The notes beneath the pieces were generated by a model that was given only the letters and a program-made list of their open reading frames with translations, was not told where the DNA came from and ran no database searches. A stretch of 63,494 bases of DNA, the filler included, from Craspedostauros australis (taxonomy: Eukaryota): assembly GCA_030167865.1 (NCBI GenBank). It is 8 parts of 8 records of this genome, joined end to end, with 100 filler letters (N's around TTAATTAATTAA, not from the genome) between each part and the next. Parts side by side here need not be neighbours in the genome. Positions count along the whole stretch, not along the records: positions 14,243 to 37,609 come from JALAGF010005332.1; 7 more parts are not named here. One strand, written 5' to 3'. Within the stretch, counting starts at the first letter, position 1, and each line of letters begins with the position of its first letter. Of the stretch, positions 22,986 through 33,163 are shown one piece after another. Position numbers and translations under genes: made by a program.

Positions 22986-24869
22986 CTACTCATCATCGTC
23001 AATCGGCTGACCCGTCTTGACCCACGCATTGGATTGGAATTCGAACTTGAGGTGCTGCAGCTCTTCCTTCTTGTAGTTCTCGAAGTGTTTCAGATCAAAT
23101 CCATGCCATGCACAGAACTTCGCATCCGTGGCGGTGGCCAGAGCGCTCAATTTGGGCTGGATGTTGCCCTGTGATTGTGCATAATGCCATCGTGGCAGCA
23201 TCCGTTTGTGCAATGAGGCTGCCAGATCACGTCCGCTGATCCTGCCTCTTGTCATGTATCCCATGCGGTGCAGGAATTCCACCTTGGGACGCAGGTTGCG
23301 CTCCAAACTCAATTTCAGGAGGTCTGGTGACGTGCGCAGCATGGAGATCGCGGTGGGCTGATCCCATGTGCTGCACAGGAACTCCACAGTTGGTTGGATG
23401 TTGTCTGTCAGGTTCTTGGTATAGACCGCGATGGCCTTGCGCAAGACGAGCGCTGCCAACGAGGCGGGCCGGTCCTGGCCATACGCGTTGTTCTCAATGG
23501 CATCAAAGTATGCGATCTTGGTTTCCAGGTTGCACAATGACAGCCGCAAGAACCTAGGATGTTGTATCAGCGATTTCTTGAGCTGCTGTGGTGTCAGCAT
23601 GGTGAAGAGCAGATCAAATTTGGGTTGCAGGTCGTCTTCCATGGAGAGGTTGAGAATGTTGGAACCACGTCGCAAGAGCAGCTTTGTTGTCTCGGCGCGA
23701 CTGAGCTGCAGAGTATCCACCAGGTACTCCACACGCTGTTGCAGGTTGCCTTCCGTGTTCATCCAGGCATTTTGCAACGCCGTCTTCAAGATGGTATTGA
23801 TGACTTCGTTCGTGGATTTGCGTTGTTGACGAAGGACCTCCTCATCAAGCACAGATCGCAGGTAGGTCACATCAGCATCGAACTTGACATGGGTGCTTAC
23901 TGATGTGGCGATGTCACCTTCCATCTGGGCGCTTACTGATGTGGCGATGTCACCTTCCATCTGGGTGCTTACTGGTGTGGCGATGTCACCTTCCATCTGG
24001 GTGCTTACTGATGTGGCGATGTCACCTTCCATCTGGGTGCTGTTTGCAGGATGTGACGACTGGCCATACACCTCCTCCCAATAATACTGCATTTCTTCAT
24101 AAACCACTGTGCCATCGTGCATGACGACGTAGGCAAGCAGCAGCCCGGGGTTGTGCTCCATGGCCTGCTGCAGCATTTTGTCTCCCCACAGGTTGGTAAG
24201 GAAGTCGTAGATGGGCTTCAGCACGACAGCGACGTCCTTGCGCAGGATGCGCGGTTCCGTCTGAATGACCTTCTGCGCCACATGCGGAGGACAGACAGAG
24301 GACACAAAGTCGAGAACGTCCTGAACTTGCTGCGTCGGCAACCGATCGGCCACCAGGTACAGGTACGTTAGCGCCTCGAGCCATTCCCTTGGGAAGGGTG
24401 GATTGCGCGTTGCACCTTTGTTCTGCAGACGCTCGCGGACAAGGGAGTGTGCGTCGTCGTCTCGTATTTGGTCGAAGTGCGAGCGGATGACACTCATGAG
24501 GTGCCACGCCTTGGCGTTTGCGTTGGATGGTGCCGATGGTGCCAGTGCATCTGTCTTGGCGTTCACGTTGGTGCCCTTCTTGGCGTCCTTCTTGGCATCT
24601 GATGGAGCTGACTGGGACGGATCGGCGTTTGATGCCAGCAATCTGGACCATTCATTCCGCGTCGGCGTGTTCACACATGTTGGGGACGGCGGCAGATGAG
24701 AGTCTGTGTGTCGGTGGATGTTCGAGTATGGATCAGTGTTTGACAGCCTCCAGCGATATTGACCATGGCCATGCTGGTGGCGGTTGCTTGCAAAGGCGGC
24801 TGTGGTTGCTGCTTGTGCCAGAGCAGCGACGCCCACTGAGAAGACAAGGGCATGCCTCCCAAGCATCAT
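22986..24869 (-). CDS. Organelle-targeted mTERF-family protein
   Basis: Repeats of PxLLxLSxExNLxPKxxFL type (HPRFLRLSL, SPDLLKLSLERNLRPKVEFL), SLHKRMLPR end motif; signal peptide ending TAA-F after ATG 24869. Confidence 0.88.
   Translation of the reverse strand: MMLGRHALVFSVGVAALAQAATTAAFASNRHQHGHGQYRWRLSNTDPYSNIHRHTDSHLPPSPTCVNTPTRNEWSRLLASNADPSQSAPSDAKKDAKKGTNVNAKTDALAPSAPSNANAKAWHLMSVIRSHFDQIRDDDAHSLVRERLQNKGATRNPPFPREWLEALTYLYLVADRLPTQQVQDVLDFVSSVCPPHVAQKVIQTEPRILRKDVAVVLKPIYDFLTNLWGDKMLQQAMEHNPGLLLAYVVMHDGTVVYEEMQYYWEEVYGQSSHPANSTQMEGDIATSVSTQMEGDIATPVSTQMEGDIATSVSAQMEGDIATSVSTHVKFDADVTYLRSVLDEEVLRQQRKSTNEVINTILKTALQNAWMNTEGNLQQRVEYLVDTLQLSRAETTKLLLRRGSNILNLSMEDDLQPKFDLLFTMLTPQQLKKSLIQHPRFLRLSLCNLETKIAYFDAIENNAYGQDRPASLAALVLRKAIAVYTKNLTDNIQPTVEFLCSTWDQPTAISMLRTSPDLLKLSLERNLRPKVEFLHRMGYMTRGRISGRDLAASLHKRMLPRWHYAQSQGNIQPKLSALATATDAKFCAWHGFDLKHFENYKKEELQHLKFEFQSNAWVKTGQPIDDDE
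23891..24041 (-). repeat. 36-bp coding minisatellite x4 (STQMEGDIATSV)
   Basis: Four near-identical units at 23891, 23927, 23963, 23999. Confidence 0.95.
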
Positions 24870-25548
24870 GCTCTTCAGTTTCGGACGGCAGACGCTTCGA
24901 TCCTGTTTCCTTCTCTTCTTCGATGCATCATTCGTGCTTGTGCTCATGACCGCGCAAGTACTCGTATTCATGATCGTTGTGCGTATCTGTGCGAGAATCA
25001 TTGAGAGTGATAGGAGCACACCATGTACAATACCATCGATGCATGGAGCAATGAAGTAATAGTGGTGGGTGAAAAGAAGTGAGTGTGAGCATCTCTATGA
25101 TTTGATGTGCTTGCCATCCGTCCCCCAATCCACGGCCTCGCTGACACACGTGAGTGGCGAAGAAGAAGTTCGTGTGGTATGTTCTTTTGTAAACACGGAA
25201 CTCGGATTCATGGAAGATTTGTTTGCCGAGCGTGTTTGTCGAAGCACTTGTCAGGGTTTTCGGTGCTTTGTCAGCGAACACAGACAAACACAGGCACACA
25301 CAGAGAGAGAAAGAGAAGACCCACCTGAACAAGACAACAACACACACCACCCAACCCCACGCTCGAGCACATCAACAACAGACATCGAGTCGCCACGCAT
25401 ACTCATCACAAAGCGGATGGTAACCATCCTCATACAAGCCATTGAAGACACATGATCGATATCATTGCCATAGGCAGCTCAGACCACACACTTCCTCGAC
25501 AGCCAATCCAACACCAATCGTCCAGCAACCATCAACCATCCTCTCAAA

Positions 25549-26265
25549 ATGCCGAATGTTACGATTGTACAACTCTTTGCTGCTGCCAGGGCAGGTGACT
25601 TGTCGGTGTTGAAGAAATGGAAGGAGCAGAACAAGACACAGGACGAAGGAGTTGATATCAACAAGGTTAAAGACTACATTGGTTGGACTCCCCTCCATGA
25701 GGCATGCCGCTACGACAAGCTGGAGTGTGTGAAGTACCTCATCGAATCATGTGAGGCGAACATCGACGCCAAAGCCGGCTATGGCTTGACTCCCCTTCAT
25801 TGGGCATGCCGCAACGGCCACCTGGAGTGTGTGAAGTACCTCATCGAATCACGTGGGGCGAACATCAACTGCAAAACCTTCACTGGCTGCAGTCCCCTTC
25901 ATCTGGCATGCCACAACGGCCAGCTGGAGTGTATCGATTACTTCATTAAATCATGTGGGGTTGACGTCAACTGCAAAGACAGCCTTGGTTCCACTATCCT
26001 TCATTGGGTATGCCGCAATGGCCAGCTGGAGTGTGCCAAGTACCTCGTCGAATCATGTGGGGCCGAAGTCAACTGCCAAAACAACTATGGTCACACTCCC
26101 CTTCATGGCACATGCTACAATGGCCACCTGGAGTGTGTGGAGTCCCTCATTAGAGGACTTTCGCCTTCAGTTCACACACAACTGCAACAACTGCAGAAAC
26201 GCTTGCAACAAAGCGAGCAAGAGAATGAACAACCACAAGAACAGTTGAGACAGCAATTGAAGTGA
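25549..26265 (+). CDS. Ankyrin-repeat protein with coiled-coil tail (possibly a truncated ANK-BTB gene)
   Basis: Five GxTPLHxAC..G.LECVKYL repeats followed by Q/E-rich heptads. Confidence 0.85.
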   Translation: MPNVTIVQLFAAARAGDLSVLKKWKEQNKTQDEGVDINKVKDYIGWTPLHEACRYDKLECVKYLIESCEANIDAKAGYGLTPLHWACRNGHLECVKYLIESRGANINCKTFTGCSPLHLACHNGQLECIDYFIKSCGVDVNCKDSLGSTILHWVCRNGQLECAKYLVESCGAEVNCQNNYGHTPLHGTCYNGHLECVESLIRGLSPSVHTQLQQLQKRLQQSEQENEQPQEQLRQQLK

Positions 26266-27590
26266 AAGAAGCAAGAGAATGAACACAAACACAGTGCCCA
26301 CAAGAGGACAAACGTCAGCATTGGAAAAGACCGTCTCAGATGCTTCCAAACTGAGGACAGGACAGACACCATCTTCTTGTGTGGACAGGGCGACGAACAG
26401 CAACCAATCAAGGCAAACGCCGAAGTCCTGATGATCACCGTCCCATCCATTGAGACACTGTCAGCTTGTTGTTGTTATTGGTGGTGGTGGTGGTGCTGCT
26501 GCTGCTGCTGCAGTTCGTGCATGATGTCGCGCAGGTCACAAGTGTATGCCAGCAGCTGTATGGTTTTCGTTGTGGTCGACAAAGATGACGAGCAATGGGA
26601 AAAGTTGCCAACGTCATTGCACACGATTGCTTCCATCTGTCGATGGGACGAGACAGTGCCTCTGTCTCATTGTGTGCGGTTTGTGGCTGCGATGCATCTC
26701 TTTGAGCATCTGTATGAACAGGCGTGGCTGGTTGTGATGCGTGTTGTGGAAACTGAGGCACATCTCCGAACTGATGGCTCTGCAGGTCTCGAAAGAAGCT
26801 GCTGCGTCCGATCTCACGGATGGTCCCGTCCAACACGTGCTGATTCTCCGTTCCCGACAACGCATCGGATGTTCATGTGCGTGCGCGCGGCTGCTGATAA
26901 CTTGAACCCAGACCGCATCACGGGCCATGCCATGTCTTGCCATTGCTGTTGGGTTCTGTTGTTGGCGCTGCGATTGCCCATGTCCCAAGATCTTCTCTAC
27001 TCCGGAGCAACTGGTTTGATATCTTCCTTTCGGATGTCGCTGAGTGATGTGACACGTTTGGGAACGCTGTTCATCACTGCTCGCCATTCATCATCGTCGT
27101 CAGCATCATCGGCATCTCATTGTCGGCGCAGTGCGCTTCGCGTGGCGGCTTGTGTCCTTGATGCATATGTTTCATGGTCATGTCTGCGTATGGTACGTTG
27201 GCTGACACTTCCATCAATGCAAACATAGTCATTCCATTTCATCTCTCTCGCTCTCTCTCTTTGTGTTGATGCCGTTTCATGGATCATGGGTGCAAAATCG
27301 AAGATTCGTTGTTTTGTGTGGCATCAAGACTTGTTGGCGCGTTTGGTGGGTACTCGTCTGTACGTCCCGCGCGTGTTCGTCCACGGGTATGGTTCCAACC
27401 AACAGCACAAGGACGCAGGGATCACACCGTTATTCTATCCTGCAGCATACTGGTTCAAAACTCTCTCTAGAAAGTGCTCGAATCGAGAGAGAATTGAATG
27501 GAGTCTCGTACTCTGTCGGAAGATAGCACAACATCCTCTACGATTATTCCTGTTGAGACGTCGGTGTACCGTGCTATGCTCGTTTTGCGC

Positions 27591-30037
27591 TTATCCGAAT
27601 CCGCCGAATCCTCCTTTGCCACCCTTTTTCTTCTTCTTGGCGGCTCTTCGCATGGCACGGTTGCCTGGCATGTTGGCCATGTCCGCGTCGCCTGGCCCTG
27701 TTGCCATGGCTGGGTCCATCATGCCAGCGCCCGGGCCACCGCCTGGTCCCATCATCTTGGACATGCGGCTCATCATGGTTCGCATCTTTTGGAATTCGCT
27801 CATGAACACGCGGGCGTCCTTGATGTCCCTGCCGGATCCCTTGGCGATGCGCTGCAGGCGAGATCGAGCTGTGGCGTCCGATATCAGAAGCTCCGGTTGG
27901 GCGCGTTCCTTCTTGGTCATACTGCAGATCATGGCTTCGTTCTTCTTCATGCGTTCTTCGGCATTGCGGATCTGCCCGGCGTCGATGTTGCCCGCCATTC
28001 CGGGCATCATCTTGGCAACTCCAGCCAGGCTTCCCATGTTGGAAACCAACTTGGCCTGCTTCAGGAAGTCGTCAAAGTCGAACTCGGCCTTCATCATCTT
28101 CTCCTGCATCAATCTGGCCTCCTCATCGGAAACCTCAGCGGCTGCCTTTTCGACCAAACTCACAATATCTCCCATGCCCAGGATTCGGGATGCCATGCGG
28201 TCCGGATAGAACGGTTCAAGGTCCTCCGTCTTCTCGCCGATACCAACGAATTTGATCGGCTTGCCGCTCACACCGCGTACACTGACGGCAGCTCCGCCGC
28301 GCGAATCACCATCCAGCTTTGTCAGGATGGCTCCGGTGATGCCGACGGCAGAGTCGAACGAGGCGGTCAAGGGCGCGGCTTCCTGACCGGTCATGGCGTC
28401 CACAACGAGAAGCGTTTCGCTAGGTTGGACTGCGGTGATTCATTGTTTGGTTTGGTTTGGTTTCACACGTAAACACGACGATGATGTGGAACGCGAATAG
28501 TCGAGAGGGTCGTGAGTTGCAAGTACTTCGTCGGTTGAGCACGACACGCCAAAACGTCGCAACGCCATGCGGCCAGCCTGAAGTCTCTCCGAATGTAGTT
28601 TCAATTTGAAAATCATACGCACTTGTCAATCATACACCAAGAAATCACCATTAACAAAGCCAACGCCAATAGCGTGAGGAACAACCACAAGAGCAGGGAG
28701 CATCCGTCGCGTCGTGTTCAGATGCCAGTAGAACGACTCACCTTTCTCCTGAATGCGCTTCAATTCGTCCATGAGACCGGTGTCAATGACTTGACGTCCA
28801 GCTGTATCGACGATGACGGTATCGTAACCTTCGGCCTTGGCCTTCGCCACAGCGTCGGCGGCGATGTCAACCGGGTCAGCATCCGCACCTAGCGTGAAGA
28901 CTTCGACGCCGATGCTTTCGCCCAGAATCTGGAGCTGCTTGATGGCTGCGGGTCGGTAGACATCAGCTGCGGCCAGGAGCACCTTGCGGTTGGTCTTGGG
29001 CAGCTTGCTGGCCAACTTGAGCTCTTCCGATTCGTCCTCTTCTCCTGTCACTTGGCTGTAATCCGCTTCGCGTTCCTTCAGGTACAGCGCGAGCTTTCCC
29101 GCCGCCGTAGTCTTACCAGCTCCCTGCAAACCTGCAAGGAGCACGACGGCGGGATCACCGGCAGTGCCTGCCGCCAGCGTCTCAGCTGGGGTCCCGTCTC
29201 CGGCTCCCATCTCCTTTCCGGCGGTGGAGTCGCCGCCCATCATGTCCAGCAGCTCGTCGTACATGGCTTTAATGAATTGCTGGTCGGCCGTGACGCCCTT
29301 GAGGACTTCATCGCCGAGGCTGCGCTTCTTGACACCTTCAATCAAGGTGTCGGCAACTTCGATATTGACATCGGCGTCGAGCAGCGCGCGACGCACATCT
29401 CTCAGAGCCGGCTTGATGCTGGCCTCCGTGATTCTGTGGACAGATTTCGAGGTGATGTGACAGTGGAGAGCGCGGATCGATGTATGAAGTAACGTTGGCC
29501 GATGTGAGTTGCGAATTGCGCGTCACACGTGATTGTGAGTTGTCAGTGATGATGGATCAAAGGAGATACATACGTATCCTGTGATACGGGTTGATTCGAT
29601 GTGTCAGCCAACATCAGCGTCAACGTCAACGTCAACGTCAACGCACACCCCAAGTTCAACTCCAGCACCATCTCTTTGCATCGCTTTGCACTCAGTTGCG
29701 TGGAAGCAACCCTCAGCTGCATTATGGGCAAAAGTAATTAAAGGAACAACGCAAGAACTTCTTCCTGCAGCGCTTACCGTTGCTTTCCAAAGCTCTTGGT
29801 AACATCCGATATGGCCGCCGACAGCTGATCGAACATCATGCGCAGCTGCAGGCCTCCTCGCTGGGGGGATGCCCGCGACGGATGCGCGACATTTCCAAAG
29901 GACTGCGTGAAGCTGGAAGACCGGCTGGTGGTTGCCGCTGTCACGGAGCTGACAGATCGCTGGTAGGAAGGTGAGAATGCGGACACTCCCACCAGCGTAG
30001 ACGACACGAATAACGTCGTTGCGATGCCGAATTTCAT
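27591..30037 (-). CDS. cpSRP54: Chloroplast signal recognition particle 54-kDa subunit; exons 30037-29778, 29433-28742, 28429-27591
   Basis: VSA-FSP bipartite presequence; RRALLDADV, GLQGAGKTT, DVYRPAA, DTAGR, TKLDGDSRGG, PDRMASRILGMGD, M domain; frame-preserving GT-AG introns. Confidence 0.96.
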
Positions 30038-30643
30038 GATTGCTGCTCTGATTGCCACGCTGATTGCTGCGCCCCTTCGCTGGTCACGTCACGATCGTGG
30101 ACGATTCGAAGGCGACCTTCACGTTGGTGATGGTGCTGGTGTTGGTGTTGGTCCTCGAGAGGTTCAGATCCTCAACTCTCACTTCTCATCCAAGCTTCTT
30201 TCGCTGGTGATGGCTTTGTGCAGAAGATCGTGGAGCAGGAGACCGCACAAACACAGAGATCGGAGGATGTGGCTGTGGATGAGTCTCTTCCGTGATGTGT
30301 CACCGTGATGTGTCACCGTGATCGTGTCGAACTTTGTGTGAGTTTGTGGTCGATTTTACCACCAACGTACTCTGTTCGATTCAACCGACCAACTCTTGTT
30401 TTCTTTTCTCTTTCGTGACTTGATCCATTGGCTGAGTCATGATGACGGAGAAACGATACTCCAGTCGTGCACATGCGATGCCAATCGTGGATATGTACTT
30501 TTGCGCAGATTCTTTCGTTCGTTCCCTCAAGAGAGAGTCTACAATGTTGAACAATGGCAGTGCAAATACTCTATTCTATGTGCATGTGGCCCTACCGTGG
30601 TGCTCTCTATTGACCGCAATCGCATGTTCGACACCGTGCATGA

Positions 30644-32638
30644 TCAGCCTGGATTCGTGTGCTTCTCTCTCTCGAATTGCTGAAGATCAAAATTCCTCGC
30701 GCTCGGCATCGCCTGACATCGCAGATCCGACTTGGACGGATCCAGCAGGAAGGCCCCGATCTGCTGCGCCACGCCCTTGAACGAGAAGTGGCTGTCGCGA
30801 TGCGCCCGAATGCGCTGCTCGACTTGTTCGATCTTGTCGAAGGTCCAGTTGGAGGTTTGCGACGACGGCAGCGACAATGACACCAGCAGCTGTTCGCGCA
30901 TGAGCTTGTCCACGAAGCCGTGCCGCACGATGATGGCCATCTGTTCGCGCCGCATCAGGTCGATGTACGGCATCCACGGGACGTCCATGTACACGTGGAT
31001 GGGGATGAAGCCCATCTGCAGCACTTCCATCACGTGGTACGCCGTGCGACCAAGCCCGCGGGGGCAGAACGAGAAGCATGACTCGGCCACGACCGATCTC
31101 CACGAGTCGGTGAACTTGTACGTGAACATCTGCATTGTGCTGTTGTTGATGGCTTTGGCCCCCTCGTCTTCGTCGAGCCTCTGCATCCGGTTCAGGAGCA
31201 GTCTTCTCATCTTCATCGGGGCGTTCCTTGGTCGCCCAACGTACGAGGTAATGTACTCGCGATCCTTGGGATGCTTGCGGAACTGAGGTTGAGTCTCGTG
31301 TGATGGGATTGCTACTGCGTTGCTGGACTTTGTCGGCGACGCGCCGTCATTTGCAGACTCGTGCTCGTAGATCACGGGAGCTTCTGGCTGCTTGAACAGC
31401 GGGATCGGAATGTGGCCATGCCCACCAGATGAGAGAATGAGGATGTTTGGGATGCCTTCGACGGGCCAGTCCAGTGTGCGTGGCAACAGACCGTCCTTAT
31501 GCTGCACGACTATGACGTACGGCACTTCCGGTCGCAGCATGGGCAGTAGCACCGACTTCAGGTGTTGCTCATCTTGTGTGTCGCGATCCAGAACGTGATC
31601 GGTCCACGGAATAAAGATGGGAATGTATGGACCGAACAACTCATGGAGGCAGAACTGCGGCGATGCGTCCAGTGCAGGCGATACCATCGTCGCATCGATC
31701 CGCTTGTCGTACATGCCCTCGAACCGCGAGATGTAGTAATTCTCGATCCATGGTCCGAAGTAGTCTTCTCCCCTGTGGCATGTGTGGTTATCATGCTGCG
31801 CCCATTTGGAAAGCGCCATGCGGATCTCGTTAAAATGGGCATGCGCATCATTGATTGGATAGACCATCGACTCGGGTGTCAGACTGGATGGGGTCTTGCT
31901 GAGGCAGCCAAAGGCGGACTGGACAAGCGTGGGAAGGACGGATTTGATCGCCTGGTTTGCCGAACACTGCTTATCGAGCCGAGGTGAGACATCGATGGCC
32001 TTCTGCACCTTGTTTTTGTATCGCTGCTCGGGTGTGCTGTCATCCGCAGGCCCGGGAAGGGAAGTGATGGCAGAGGCTGCGATATCGTTGCCGTGACGAT
32101 TTCCATTTCCATGAGCGCTTCCAGTACCGCCGGTATCACTCAGAACTGGCGTAGATTTGCCCGAGGCGGCATCCGTACTCAGATGCGGTCGCATGGAGGT
32201 TCTTGGAGTCGAAGTCGTTGCTGAACTTGTGCGAGCATTCGTGCTTGCATCCACCATTTGAGCCACATCCAAAGGAGGGTAATCATCGAATGTGACGATC
32301 ATGGTTTTCGACCATGTCATGACGCCGATCAGGGCAACGGTCATTCCAGCAAAGAGCAGAGCCGATCGTTGGTTCTTCGAACGGCACCATGCTGGTGAAC
32401 TTGGTCTTGACCTTGTCTTTGTTCTTGGCTGTGTTATTGTTGCTATTGTTGTCTCTATCTCTGAGTCTGGTTTTGCAGGTCTTCCTCTTGTCCTTGTTGA
32501 TGTTGTTGTTGTTGTTGTTGCGGTAAAAGTAGTACCAGTTGCAGCTGCTTGTGATTGTAACTGCGATTGTAACTGCGATTGTGATGATGTGCTATCGTTG
32601 CCCCGTTGATGGCGTCTAATTCCGGTTGACTTCAACAT
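30644..32638 (-). CDS. Type II membrane exostosin (GT47)-like glycosyltransferase
   Basis: Single TM anchor (ALLFAGMTVALIGVMTW), Ser/Thr stem, C-terminal FSFCPRGLGRTAYHVMEVLQMGFIPIHVY..PWMPY motif. Confidence 0.75.
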   Translation of the reverse strand: MLKSTGIRRHQRGNDSTSSQSQLQSQLQSQAAATGTTFTATTTTTTSTRTRGRPAKPDSEIETTIATITQPRTKTRSRPSSPAWCRSKNQRSALLFAGMTVALIGVMTWSKTMIVTFDDYPPLDVAQMVDASTNARTSSATTSTPRTSMRPHLSTDAASGKSTPVLSDTGGTGSAHGNGNRHGNDIAASAITSLPGPADDSTPEQRYKNKVQKAIDVSPRLDKQCSANQAIKSVLPTLVQSAFGCLSKTPSSLTPESMVYPINDAHAHFNEIRMALSKWAQHDNHTCHRGEDYFGPWIENYYISRFEGMYDKRIDATMVSPALDASPQFCLHELFGPYIPIFIPWTDHVLDRDTQDEQHLKSVLLPMLRPEVPYVIVVQHKDGLLPRTLDWPVEGIPNILILSSGGHGHIPIPLFKQPEAPVIYEHESANDGASPTKSSNAVAIPSHETQPQFRKHPKDREYITSYVGRPRNAPMKMRRLLLNRMQRLDEDEGAKAINNSTMQMFTYKFTDSWRSVVAESCFSFCPRGLGRTAYHVMEVLQMGFIPIHVYMDVPWMPYIDLMRREQMAIIVRHGFVDKLMREQLLVSLSLPSSQTSNWTFDKIEQVEQRIRAHRDSHFSFKGVAQQIGAFLLDPSKSDLRCQAMPSARNFDLQQFEREKHTNPG

Positions 32639-33163
32639 GCTCGTGAGAATAGTAGTCGGTGCAGCATGAAGGAGAATGGAGGAGAATGAGGCACAGCCAA
32701 GAGAAGCGAAGATTTGGGTTGCGTTTGTGTGTTGTTGGTGTTTTCGCTCGCGATCATCTTCCTTTCTCGTTTGTCCGCGCCAAAACACATTTTGGTATCC
32801 ATCCAACGGACGACAAATCTCCGTGCTGGCTTCTAGCTACAGGTGCAGAGAGTATCGCCTGTGGCAACGTGCGCCAGTGGCTTTGCTTCATCTCCAAAAC
32901 CCCGTCAGTTGCTATTCCTTACGGTCAGATCCTCGACTGACCGCACTTGGAGCAGAAAGTAGTCACAGATCTTCGCACGAGTACTCGTGGGTATAGTTGA
33001 CGCTGACATCGCCCTTCGCTGATGGGATGCAGCCAAGTTCCGTCCCATGCCCGCACGACATTTCGCACAAGCCGGTGCCTCCAACTATAATCATGAATCG
33101 AAAAAAGAGGAACGGACAGCGTACCTACGATCTCAAGCTTTGCTAACTACAAATCCATAATCG

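Noticed and set aside
26377..27228. 283-aa plus-strand ORF with poly-W/poly-C
   Set aside because: Composition derives from microsatellites and antisense reading; only its first 28 or so codons fit the BTB-like remnant
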